Both the position numbers and the translations under genes were made by a program. Below, piece after piece: positions 63,048-64,000 of a stretch of DNA of 64,000 nt. Within the stretch, counting starts at the first letter, position 1, and each line of letters starts with the position of its first letter. The stretch is from Spirochaetia bacterium (GTDB taxonomy: Bacteria; Spirochaetota; Spirochaetia; CADAEX01), in the NCBI GenBank assembly GCA_963662265.2, contig CAXXHA010000016.1:21516-85515 (forward strand), read 5' to 3'. Below the pieces are notes generated by a model that saw only the letters and a list, made by a program, of their open reading frames with translations, searched no databases and was not told the DNA's origin.

Positions 63048-63812
63048 TGGGCTTTAAAACACTTGTAATAGATGATGAAAAACTTTCAAGAAACAGAATT
63101 CTAAAACTTTTATCTGATTATGATGATATAGAAGTTCTTGGCGAAGTTGATAACGGCACTGATGCTGTTGATTCAATAGACAGTCTTCTGCCGGATCTGG
63201 TATTTCTGGATATACAGATGCCTGGTTTGACAGGGTTTCAGGTGCTTGAAAAAATAAAGCATCATCCTGTAATTGTTTTTATAACAGCATATGATGAATA
63301 TGCTGTAAAAGCTTTTGAAGTCAATGCTGTCGATTATCTACTTAAGCCGCTGTCAAGGGAAAGATTCAGCAAGGCCCTGGAGAAAGCATTGTTTCTTATT
63401 GGTGATAATGATGATTCTGAAGCAGGCCGGATTGATTCTCTGCTGGATTATCTGCACTGCAGGGAACAATATCTTGAAAGGATAACTTTCAAGGATAAAT
63501 ATCAGTATGTTGTTGCAGATGTTAATGAAATTGATTTTTTCAGAACTGAAGACAGTCTTGTTTTTCTGTATTTAAACGGCAGAAAACACATGATTGACTT
63601 CACATTGAACAGCCTTGAAGAGCAGCTTGATCCTTCACTTTTTTTTCAGGGTTCATCGTAAAGCTATTGTAAATATAAAAAAAATAAAATCCATAGTAGC
63701 CTGGGGACGAGGGTCATATACAATCAAGTTTCCTGATGGTGAAAATGTTCATATCAGCAGAACCAGGCTGAATAAATTCAAGTCTGTCATGGGATTTAAA
63801 AACCGAGAATAA
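63047..63812 (+). CDS. LytTR-family response regulator, +1 frameshift at T8 near 63643
   Basis: IDDE, FLDIQMP, FITAYDEYA, DYLLKP; FFRVHRKAIVN and ISR in the next frame. Confidence 0.9.
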
Positions 63813-63937
63813 AAACTTCTACACAAATCATGTTGGAGGATTTATTGAAATATCTGTAATAAACGGCTCACGGAAATTTGCTTTTAATCAAACCCTTTTT
63901 TAAAATAATAGTTTTGACATTTGGATAGCGTAAAATC

Positions 63938-63967
63938 ACTGTTCAGCCCCTGTATTCCGCAGTTCAT
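63938..63967 (+). promoter_or_regulatory. LytTR-type direct-repeat binding site
   Basis: ACTGTTCAG-N12-GCAGTTCAT (21-bp period) directly downstream of the LytTR gene. Confidence 0.65.
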
Positions 63968-64000
63968 TAAAATCTTTATTGATTGCAGATTTTTAATACT

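Noticed and set aside
57972-63812. Pseudogenised ABC/two-component island or programmed frameshifting
   Set aside because: All breaks are +1 in homopolymers, as elsewhere in the window, and all catalytic motifs are intact; sequencing error is more parsimonious

Overview
A ~38-40% GC (by eye) chromosomal segment from an anaerobic, probably free-living Spirochaetia bacterium (spirochaete-type LysM/lipoprotein pair; inference). It is dense in amino-acid transport, catabolism and regulation genes. It contains: a sigma54-controlled NhaC-ortAB-dmpA-thrC-like-racemase cluster lacking the rest of the ornithine pathway; a TrcP-like deaminase/pseudouridine synthase locus; an nqrBCDEF operon without nqrA/rnfC; glycerol genes; a MarR-CoA activase-methyltransferase-YbtPQ-like ABC module; TAXI-TRAP and kynureninase modules; and an ABC system whose permease appears fused to a PAS/LytS-type histidine kinase ahead of a LytTR regulator. 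Non-coding highlights are a 3x75-bp two-hairpin tandem array directly before the ortA RBS, with covarying dispersed relatives near 30.0 kb and 27.5 kb, and two other GC-rich structured intergenic elements. About a dozen genes are broken by +1 insertions, nearly all in homopolymer runs, most likely a sequencing/assembly error bias, so split ORFs were reconstructed. No rRNA, tRNA, CRISPR array or transposase was seen.
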